Of a DNA stretch of 64,000 bases, positions 12,672-24,800 are shown in pieces. Source of the stretch: Eledone cirrhosa (Eukaryota); NCBI GenBank assembly GCA_964016885.1, contig OZ024750.1, positions 12,028,001 to 12,092,000 on the forward strand, written 5' to 3'. The stretch's first letter is position 1. Every line of letters starts with the position of its first letter. Under the pieces are notes generated by a model that was given only the letters and a program-made list of their open reading frames with translations, had not been told where the DNA came from and did not search any database. The position numbers were made by a program, and so were the translations under genes.

Positions 12672-15600
12672 TTATTCAGCTCCAACAAGGTGAAATCTTT
12701 TATGTTTCAGAATTTCTGTGGCTGTAAACTGAAAGGTTTTCCCACAATTACTGCATTCATACTTCTGTTTCAATGGATTTCTATGACTCATATTCTCCTC
12801 ATCATCACTGTTATCATTACCTAAAAGAAAAAGTAATTCTATTTAAATATAGAATGCTTTCTTGCTAGAGGAAATCATTTTATTTTTATTTTTTTCAGTT
12901 TTTAGAACTTAAATGGCAATGGTGTATGTAGATAGCATGAAAGGAATGAAGATAATTATGATACAGTATGAGAGAGAGAGAGCAAGAGAGTTTGGCAATG
13001 GGAAATATGGTTCCAAGGTAATGGTGAATAAAGGTGGTTAAGTCACCTTTGACATTAGGTAATCTTAGAAAAATAGACTTAACATATATCAATGGTTAGA
13101 ATGTCTCAGGAAAGAATCACTGGACAGATTTTATGGGCAAAACAAACAGACAGAAGACCCAGGGGTAGACCCCGAGCAAGCTGGTTGGATAACATCCATG
13201 AGCTTGGCTGGTCTCGCTCAGGGATCCAGTTGGATCATTTGGAGGCTATTGCTTCTGACAGGACTTGTTTGGGAATTCTGACCCCATAACCCTCCCAGGA
13301 GTAGGTGAGCAAAGAAGAAGAAGGTGGTGGTGGTGGTGGTGAGCAAGAAGAAGACAAACCTTTTGAAGATTCAGCAGCTTCACAAGTACTTTCATGTTGC
13401 AGTCGCTCAAATACACTTATAATAAACTTCTTCTCACACTTTGGACATGTCCAGTGGCATTGGAGATGATTGGTTTGTTCACTCCAAGCAGATGCAACAT
13501 TGCTATCATGAAGGCTGACAAAAAAAAATATAAATATAAAAAAATATTTGATGAGTAATACAACAATGAAAGAGTTAAGATGGTAAGATATGATTTGAGG
13601 GAGATTTGGCTGCTATATCTAGCAGATTGAATGACCATGATACTCTCTCATTGGGTAAACTGTACTTACCAATTATAAACAAAAAATCTGTTAACAATGA
13701 CCCCTCCTTTCACTGAGTGTAGTTGATGTTCAGCCTCACTTTTGAAAATACTTGGTAGTGAATAGTCTGGTTTAAAGGAGAAGAAAAAAAAGACACTTGT
13801 AAGTTATTTTAACTCTTAATGTGGTGCATGGGGTCATTATGTTGGTGTAGGAGGTCAGTGTAATGGTGTAGTAGTCAGTGTAATGGTGTAGCTCACACCA
13901 CCTCTGCCCAGGTCTTCCTTGATGTTAGGAAAAATATGTATGAGAGTAAAACTGCGTATAAGAGGGATAAACTGTAGTGTGTGGGAGAGAGGACTGCGTT
14001 GATATGGCCATGTGATGCACATGAAAGATGACCGCTGAGTGAAGAGGTGCCAAGAAATCCCAGTGGAAGGAAGAGCAGTAGAGGAAGACCCCAAAAAACA
14101 TGAGCAGAAGTGGTGAGAGCTGACCTCAGATTGCTGAAGCTCACAGAGGAGATGACGAAAGACCATGACGAATGGAGAGATGCTGTCCTGAAAAGGACCC
14201 GTCCCACCCTTGCAAGCAAGGAAAAGCGGACGTAAAATGATGATGATGATATACAGAAAGAGAAAGATGTAAAGCAAATTTTGCAAACATTAAATAATTT
14301 AAATTTTAAAATTCCCAGTTATTACCTGCAACTTGGGTTCCAACATAGATATGTTGAAGTTCAGCTATCAATATTCTCCGAATACTATATAATACTTCAC
14401 TCCTAAGGAATTCGGTCAATTTCTTTACCAAAACTCTCTCAAATCTTTGATAACTTGATGTGTCTTTATTTGTTGCTGAAAATAATTAAAACTTATTGGA
14501 TATATATATATATTTTTTTTTTAAATGAAGAAATTGATAAATATGAAGAAAGAAAATGTCATGACATTGAGAGAGAGAGCATATATGTGGTTGCTCAATC
14601 TGCTAGAAATAACAATGAAGTTTAAGTTGGGAAGGAAAAGGCCAGGGCTGGATTAAGTCTTTTTAAGGCCCTATACATTTAAAAGACTTTGGTGCCCCTA
14701 TATATAAAAATATTTTTTGAATAACAAATAAATTTAATTTGAATAAAATGGTGTTTATCTTCCATCGATACCCTAAGTATGTGCTTATTTTGTATTTTGC
14801 TTAATGGTTAATGAAGCCTTGGAGCAGAGTAAATATTAAAAGTCCCCCATCACCTGTGAAATACTGAAAAGTAAGAGTGAATAACATCTTATGTATTTCT
14901 ACCATTTCCATCACTGATGTAGGTAGATTAACCCTTTTGTTTTCAACCCGGCCAAAACCGGCTCTGGTTCTATGAAATAAAACCATCCATTTTAAAGGTT
15001 TCCAATTTATATTAAAATCTTCCAACATAATTTTATATATGAACTTTACATTACGTTACTATCTTAGTAATGAAATAATTAATAATTTTAGTCAATCCCT
15101 CAAAATTCTTCATTAATTCACTGAAACAGAGAATATATCATTAGAAATGCAGTCATGAAAGGGTGAAATATAAAAACTTACCTTCAAGTCTTAACTTGAG
15201 TAAATTATCCCAAGCTGTTCTCAGATGTAAAACACTTGATATTATATGTTGGGCTACATCTGCCTCAGCAAATGAAATCTCAAGCCAACCATCACATACA
15301 ATTCTGGGAAATAATATAATAAAAAAACATATTTAACTTGACTAGACATGATAAACTTCAATATTACAACTGGTAAACAATAGCTTCATTCATTTATTAT
15401 GTTTTTAAAGGGTAAACAAATGATATTGCCAAATACATTGCTGCAACTTACCTGGTACATTGTGAATTACTGTCCAAGCTGGAGCAAAAGAGCAAAGCTG
15501 TCTGTAAAGCTGGTACACGCATCACATTCATTAAGTAAGGTTTATTTGTTTCAAGAATCGACCTGATTAATAAATAAATAAATTTTAAATAAAAAACATA

Positions 15601-16229
15601 AAGAAACAAGCAGTGTTGTTTTGAATCAATTAAATGTAAGTTATCTTATGTGTTTTTTAACATTTCTTTTATGTATGTTGTTATAAATATTTTTTCTAAA
15701 GTGTTTAGTTATTATTTTGTGCAAGAATAGGAGCAGTTGATTGGCAGAATCATTAGATAAAAGTACCCAACACACACTGTAAAGTGGTCGTGTAGGTATC
15801 ATGACAAAAAGTACCTAGTCCACACTGTAAAGTGGTCGTGTAGGTATCATGACAAAAAGTACCCAGTCCACACTGTAAAGTGGTCGTTTTGGTGCCATGA
15901 CAAAAAGCACCCAGTCCACACTGTAAAGTGGTCGTGTAGGTATCATGACAAAAAGTACCCAGTCCACACTGTAAAGTGGTCGTTTTGGTGCCATGACAAA
16001 AAGCACCCAGTCCACACTGTAAAGTGGTCATGTAGGTGTCACAACAAAAAGTACCCAGTCCACATTGTAAAGTGGTCGTTTTGGTGTCGCGACAAAAAGC
16101 ACCCAGTCCACATTGTAAAGTGGTCGTTTTGGTGTCGCGACAAAAAGCACCCAGTCCACACTGTAAAGTGGTCATGTAGGTGTCACAACAAAAAGTACCC
16201 AGTCCACGTTGTAAATGTGATTGGTATTG

Positions 16230-16275
<46 letters not shown>

Positions 16276-19200
16276 TTTTTATCAAAAAGTAATACTGAAA
16301 AGGTTTAAAACTTACACATATGATAGCAATTCATGTTTAGAGCTCATTATACCTTTTTGATTTGAGATCATTTTACTATCATTATCTGGAAGTTGGAGTA
16401 GTTCTGGTTGGCTAGAGAAACCAGATGTTGGGTGAAGTAAAAGGAAGCTTTTATTCTGAAAATATGTAAATATAAATTCTGTTATCATAGCAGGTACTTT
16501 TATTCTGAAAATAGGTAAATATATGGACAGTGTTTTCATAGGAAACATTTTTATTCTGAAAATATGTAACTATAAATTATGTTATCATAGTAGGTACTTT
16601 TATTCTGGAAATAGGTAAATATATAACTCTGTGTTATTATAGGAAACATATTCTGAAAATTGGTAAAATGCCACATGGTATTATCAGAGAAGACACTTTT
16701 AGTCTGAAATAGATAATATAATCCAGATGGAAGCAGTGAGAGCTGATCTCAAATCACTGGAGCTCACAGAGGAAATGACAAAGGATTGTGACAAGTAGAG
16801 AGAAATTCTGGCTGTTTTATTGAGAAGTAAACTGCTAGATTATGGGAGCATTCATAACTTACTTTGGTATGGAATACTTGTTCTGAATCAGGTTTATAGT
16901 TATTGCAGTCATCTGCAATAGCAACTTTCGGGTAGAGGCCACTACAGAGAATAATTTTGAGCAAGTTAATTTGACGAATTCCTAAAGTCTGGTTTTGGTG
17001 GCTTTTTTCCTGTAAATACAAAGGCAAAATAGCAGACACATTATTCCTTAACTTTTAACATCCTGTAATGATTTAATAGAAAATGTCTAAAAGCTCTTAA
17101 TTCAAATGTTTATAGTGTCTTTATATATATGTATATATATATATATATTAACCCATGCTAGTGTGGAAAAATGGATGTTAAACTGTGATGATGACAATGA
17201 TGATGATGATATAAAGAAGGTCAAATTTACCCGTAATTTGTTGAGATCCTGTGTGACCCGAAATTCCAGATCTTTAATGTCATGGAGTGCATTATTACCC
17301 TCATCGTCATCACTACCTTCAAACATGGTGGTCTCCTGCAAAAATTATTTGAAATTTAGACATTGTAATCATTAAAAAGGTGATATTAATTAATGAATAA
17401 ACAACATACATATATACATTTTTACTTTATATCTTTATATATATTGTGTATATAGAATAAGAGGTAACTAAAAGGTTTGGCATCTGGAAGGGCATCCAGT
17501 TATAAAATATTGCCACAAAGGAGACCCCATAATGAATATGATAGGAAACATGGCTGGATGTCTTCCTAACACTAACAACTTTACACACTGCATGAATTAT
17601 ATAAATATAGGCTTTTTCAACACACCAAAATGTGTCAGCTATTTTCAAAGACTTTACAAATCACAGTTTAAATTTAACATCATAGACATAAGACAGTCAA
17701 CCTTATCTCAGCAATTACTTCCACTCAGGCTTCTCTAAAACTTTGGTAAACTTAATAAACAAAATGGAGACTCACATCTTCAAATTTCAAAAATTTCCGC
17801 TTCTTTGAGTTGCCTCGTTCTTCTTTTCTCAGTTGATGGAGTTGTTTCCTCTTACTGTACCAGTCTTTACGTTCTTCACTTGTATAGAATCTTTCTGAAG
17901 ATTCTTGAGGCAATAATTTATGATCCTTTTCAAGAGAAATTGTAGAAGCTAGGATTATACATACATATTGAAGAAGCTGGAGTCATAAATATCTATCTAT
18001 TGTAGAAACTAGAGTCATATATATCTTTCTATACTATTATAGAAATTCACTGAACATAACAATACAAAGTAACACTGTCACTGAAATGGGAGATGGGAGA
18101 CATAAGGGCAGCACTTATGACCCTTTTCGGGGTCTTGGAAGCTGGTGGGAAAAAGGGAGAACCTTATCTTCAGACCAGTCAACCACATTTACAGTGTGGA
18201 CTGCTACAGAAAGCAGAAATAAGTACCAGCCCTAAACCTCACCAAAACCTATTGAAATGTTTTGTATATTTAAACATCAAAGATTTCTGTCAGACATTAA
18301 AGGGGTCAAAAGGCAAATGAGAAAAAAGAAGCAACCATGTTACTATGTATAACAAACCCTTAATAAATTACTGAACTGATTTTTCAATTTTGTCATTTCA
18401 TAGAATCTTTGTTCTTCAAGACCTCTCCTCTTTGACCATTTCTTAGTTCCTTCACCTTTGGCTTTCACCTGATAATTAGATTTACAAAGAATGAGAGGAA
18501 AAACAAAATTATGATAAAAATTTCAGGAAGTATATTTATATTTTAAAGAAACAAAATTCCTATTTGTATTTGTGTATAAGAAGGATAAGCTGTAGTGTGC
18601 AGGAGAGAAGACTGCGTTGGTATGGACATGTGATGCATATGGAGGAACACCGCTGGGTAAAGGAGTGCCAAGAAATCTCAGTAGAAAGAAGACGCAGTAG
18701 AGGAAGACCATGAAAATCATGGGCGGAGGTGGTGAGAGCTGACCTCAGATCACTGAAGCTCACGGAGGAGATGACGAAGGACCGTGACGAATGGAGAGAT
18801 GCTATGCTGAATAAGGCCTGTCCCATCCTTGCAAGCAAGGAAAAGCGGACGTAAAATGATGATGATGTTGAAATATAAGGAGAATGTAAATCATTTGTAT
18901 TATATACATATTTCAAAGTTGTAAATTCCGATTCTGTAAAAGAGATCCTGGGGTTCCTACCTTTATCAGCTTCAATTATCATCATCATCATCATTATACG
19001 TCCACTTTTCCCTGCTTGCAAGGGTGGGACATATCCAGAATTATTTATTTTTATTTCAAGGACAAACAAAAAAGGAATGTTCTTGTTTATAATATACATA
19101 AAGATCAATTTCTGCCCACATACAATGGTAACCCTTTCATTACCATATTTCTAATGAAATACATTGTATTTAAATTAGCTAATGAAGAATTTGGAGGGAA

Positions 19201-21798
19201 TTACTAAAATCATTATTTCATTATGAACCCTTTAGCATTTAAACTGTCCATATCTGTCCAGAATTCTCTCACCTCTTTCTGTTCAAACTGGCTGTAACCA
19301 GCCATACTAATGTTATGGTATTGTTTTCAAAATAAATAACATCAAAATCTCATAGATTCGATATTATGTGAGATAATTATGTAAGATAAAGCCTTTACTG
19401 TGAAAATACAATATTATATATAGAGAATAATGTAAATGCTAAAGGGTTAAGATGGTATATGTAACATAAGGCGGCAAATTGGCAGAGTTGTTAGAACATC
19501 AGATAGAGAGCTTCACAATAAGAGGTAAAAAAGTAGCAGAGTGATAAGTTTAATTAATGATATAAAGATATTGTAATTATATTGAAGTCAAGAAATAGTC
19601 AATACCTGGATCCATTCATTGAAGGTGTTCAGGAGTGTGAAGGGATCACCATGATCAGATAAGAGGTGTTTACGAGCAGCCTTTAAGTATTAATGGAAAA
19701 ATATATAAATTATAAATAAGGAATTTTAATCAAATTAAATATTAACAAAATACATGAAAATATATCATTATGGAAATACAAAAATTAGTGTTAACATTTT
19801 CATTACCATATTTTCAATGAAAACACTGCCTATGATTTTCGAATAATTTTGGAATATAACTTAACAAAGGTTCTTACATAATAGTAGATCCTACTAAATT
19901 TGTTATTAATCAATTCAAATACAATATGTCCTGGAAAAAGACTGGATGGTTATGGCTGGACCGTCTGCAATCATAGATTTCCTCATTGAGGATAAAACAA
20001 CAAGTAAATACCACAAATAATCTCTCTCATCAATATTTCTGCTACTCTATCTCCATAATAAATATTGATTTCTAATTTAGGACACAAGTCCAGCAAATTT
20101 GGGGGAAGGGTAAAGTTGATTAAGTCAAACCCCAGTACATGACTGGTACTTTATTTTATTGACCCTGGAAGGATGAAAGGTAAAGTTGACCTTGGTAGGA
20201 TTTGAACTCAGAATGTAAAGAGCCAGGCCAAAACAAATATTGCAATGGTATTTTATCCGACTTTCTGGCAATCCTGCCATAACCACCCACCCTTAACTTA
20301 ACTTCTATATTAATTATTGTTTCGACATTTGTCACAAAGCCAGCAATTTTGGGGGAGGGGAAAGTAGATTAATTCGACCCCAGTGCATTATTGGTGCTTT
20401 ATTTTATCAACCATTAACCGAATCGATAAAATAAAGCACCAGTAATGCACTGGGGTTGATTTAAATATTAATAAGAAATAAGTATGTTTGATAAACCTAC
20501 TTCTATTTCAACATCAATCCGTGTTCTGGAGATGAGAGGAGACTGTACACCAAGCCCAGCAGCAATTGATAACACAGGGTCAGTCATCTAAAAAGAAACA
20601 AATCATTTTAGTAAGATGGAGGCATATGGCTTAGTGGTTAGAGCATTGGTCTTGCAATCAAAAGGTTGTGAGTTCAATTCTCAGACTGGGTGATGTGTTG
20701 TTTCCTTGAGCAAAACACTTTATTTCACATTGCTCCAGTTTACTCAGCTGTAGAAATGAGATGATAGGGACTGGGGTCCCTATCATTCCACTGCAAAGTG
20801 GTCGTGGAGGTGCCACGGCAAAAAAAGCACCCAGCACTCACTGTAAATGAGGTTGGTGTTAGGAAGGGCATCCAGCTGTAGAAATCAAGCCAGAATCAGT
20901 TCCCGTCCCACCCTTGCAAGCAGGGAAAAGCAGACGTAAAATGATGATGATGATATGATGAAGTTTATCGGAGATAGAGTTGAAGGTGGTGAATTGGCAG
21001 GGTCATTAGGGGCAGTGGGTTAAAAAAGCCTCGGCATTTGTTCCTATTATTTGTATTTTGAGTTGACATCCCACCGAGGTTAATACTGCTTTTAATCTTT
21101 TTGATGATGGGAATGGTGATGATGATGACAACAGTGATGATGACGGTGATAATGATGATGGTGGTGATAATGATGATGATAATAGTGATGATGATGGTGA
21201 TAATAATGATGATAGTGATGATGGTGATAATAATGATGACGGTGATAATGATGATGATGATAGTGATGATGATGATAGTGATGATGATGGTGATAATGAT
21301 GATGATGATAGTGATGATGGTGATAATAATGATGGTGGTGATAATGATGATGATAATGATGGTGATAATGATGGTGATGATGATGGTGATAATGATGATG
21401 ATAGTGATGATGATGGTGATAATAATGATGGTGGTGATAATGATGATGATAATAGTGATGATGATGGTGATAATAATGATGATGATAGTGATGATGGTGA
21501 TAATAATGATGATGGTGATAATGATGGTGATAATGATGGTGATAATGATGGTGATGATGATGGTGATAATGATGATGATAGTGATGATGATGGTGATAAT
21601 AATGATGATGACAGTGATGATGATGATGACAGTGATGATGACGGTGATAATGATGGTGATGACAGTGATGAGGATGGTGATTATGATGACAATGATAGTG
21701 TTGATGATGATGATGATGATGGTGACTATGGTGGTGATGATGATGATGACAATGGTGGTGATGATGATGATGACAATGACGGTGATAAAAACGACAAC

Positions 21799-21834
<36 letters not shown>

Positions 21835-24800
21835 AAACCTACCCGAAATAAAGATCCCATTATCAACATCTTTCCAACAACAACATCGACCGGTAGTTTT
21901 GACAGCATCTCTCCAATTGGTGTCAACTTCTCATCTTCTTTCAGAGCTCCCTATATAACAGAGTAAAACTTTTTATATCATAACTGTATAATAACAAACC
22001 AACACATGAGCTTCTACATGGTCACTCAATCTATTAGTAATAGCAGCCAAATTCTTTCAAATCACGCCTTTCATATATCCCATGAGACCATGGATCTGTA
22101 CCAGGAAAGCTCCTCTTTAAGGTGTCATGCTTGAGTAAGTTGTATTTTTTTGGAAGACCAGCAGTCACCCATGTATATCCTTTATATATTTCTACCATAT
22201 TGTACGGGCTTTTCAAAACTTATCGGTCTTTTATTATGTAAAAGAACATTTTGGATAGTTATATTTGAATAAATTATGTTGAGTCATAACAAAATCCAAA
22301 ATCCAGGGTCTTTTCACTCCTGTTGGAGGAACCCCTCCCTGGTTGACTTCACTCCTGTTGGAGTAACCCTTCCCTAGTTGTTCTCACTTCTGTTGAAGGA
22401 ACCCCTCCCTGGTGGACCTCACTCTTGTTGGAGGAACCCCTTCCCTGGCTGACCTCACTCCTATTGGAGTAACCCTTGCCTCGTTGTTCTCACTTCTGTT
22501 GGAGGAACCCCTTCCCTGGCTGACCTCACTCCTATTGGAGTAACCCTTCCCTCGTTGTTCTCACTTCTGTTGGAGGAACCCCTTCCCTGGCTGACCTCAC
22601 TCCTATTGGAGTAACCCTTCCCTCGTTGTTCTCACTTCTGTTGGAGGAACCCCTTCCCTGGTTGACCTCCACCACTTCCTATCTCTGGCCATATCATAAC
22701 AAGAGAAATATAATGAATAATAGATATAATTGTCATCAGGAGTTACCTGTTCCTTGAGATATATGAGGGAATTTTCAATGGAAGATCCCTCAGGAGGTTC
22801 AATGAAAGGAAACCTAGAAAGATAAATTACTTGAGAATTAAATATCAAGAAGAACGACATGTTAAGGACTAGAAATAATACGCTGCAAGTGTGTAAAGTG
22901 ACATCCTTGCCCTTGTTGTCATTTAACATCCATTTTCCATGCTTCCATGGGTCAGATAAGTTGTCCCATTGTGAGACAAGTCAGATCAGATGACTGTGTC
23001 TTGCTCATACAGAACTGTTTCTGGCTTGGTTTCTATGGTTGGATGCCCTTCATAATGACAAATACATATATATATATATGCTGAAGAGGACACGTCCCAC
23101 CCTTGCAAGCAGGGGAAAAAGCGGACATAAAATGATGATGATGATATATATATGTATATATATTACCACCACATACATCACCACTCTATATACATGCATG
23201 GAAAAGCAAACATAAAATGCTGACAATGATATGGCACCATGTGAAATAGTCATCCACTAAAACCCTAGGCTAACCGATGCCATGTGAGTGAATCTGGTAG
23301 GCAGAAACACAAAGAAGCCTATCACTTTCACACTTCTGCTAATAAAAGTAAATAAATAAATATAAATGTAATTAAAAATATACAAAAACACCCCCAAAAA
23401 CACAAAAAAATGAACAATAACAAAAAAAAAAAAAGATTCAGTGATGTAATTTACCTTCTGCAGTCAGGTAATCCAAGAGAGATCATCTGTAAAACTAATG
23501 AATCTAAAGGTACTCGGAGTATTTCAGGGGTAGAATAATTCTCTAATGCTTCATAGTCAGCTTCGCTATACAAACGGTAGCATATACCTGGTCCAGTACG
23601 ACCTAGAAATATAACAACACAAAATGGTCAGTTTTACAGGTACCTGGCCCTAAATGATCTAGAAATATAACAGAGTGGTCAGTGTTACAGATACCTGGTC
23701 CTGTACGACCTAGAAATAACAATAAAAATTTATTACATGACCACACATTGTTGAAACAATAAGATGGGAGACTAATGATCTTGAAATTGTATTATAGAAA
23801 AGTTGATGGAAATATTATGCAATGACAAAAATATAAATAAACTCGTCCGACCTGCTCTTCCTTTTCTTTGTTCAGCACTGGCACGGCTAATCCAGAATTC
23901 CTGTAACCGTTTCATTTTAAACTTGGTGTCAAAATGCATCTCCTTAACCTAAAACAGACAACAGGAGACATACTTTTTAAAATATTCATTTATTTTATAC
24001 ACTACTTTAATCCATTCAAAGTTGATACAAAACCTAAAAAAAGAAATTAAAAATACATACTTTTCCTGAATCAATAATGAAGCGAACACCGTCTATTGTC
24101 ACTGAGGTTTCTGATATATTTGTAGATACAATACATTTACGGACACCATCAGGAGCAATGTCAAATACCTAGAGTATAAAAAAGATATAGAGAAAAATAT
24201 TTCATTTGGAAATTATATAACATTTAAGTTAATTATCAGGTAGATTCAAGAGGCATTGGGAAAATTTTAAATTTTAAATGTAGTTGTCCCAAATGTAAAT
24301 GACTATAATAATAGTTGATCCCAATAAATAATAGTGGGAGAAAAAGTCAGATAAAGTATCCATGGAGATGGAGAAAATGGCACTCCTCATGCATCTGCGA
24401 GATATATAGATCATTTCTTAACAAGTACCTTTGTCCACAGGGACACTTTACCAGATTTTTTCAGCTATTTTCTCTAGAGATCGAATATTGTTATAATCAT
24501 TTGTATTTGGAATGACTACATTTTAAATCTAAGTTAATATACAAATATATGCCATATATATATACTCAAATATAAGCTGATCTGACCCCATGTACAATAG
24601 CTATTCCATTTAAATATCTTACCCAACTACATATACAATATCCATTCCATTGAAATATCTCACCCAACACCATATTGGATAGTTATAAAGAGACAACTTA
24701 TACAAAATACAAGTGTATTAAACATTGAAAGCCTCAAACTTACTTTATCTTGTTGTTCAATAGAGAGTGCACTGTGTAAAGGAAGAATAATCCAAGATTT

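Noticed and set aside
21101-21958. 285-aa Met-rich ORF (reflectin-like composition considered)
   Set aside because: It is a pure trinucleotide microsatellite antisense within a DHX34 intron and exon, and lacks the Tyr/Arg/Asp-containing reflectin motif.
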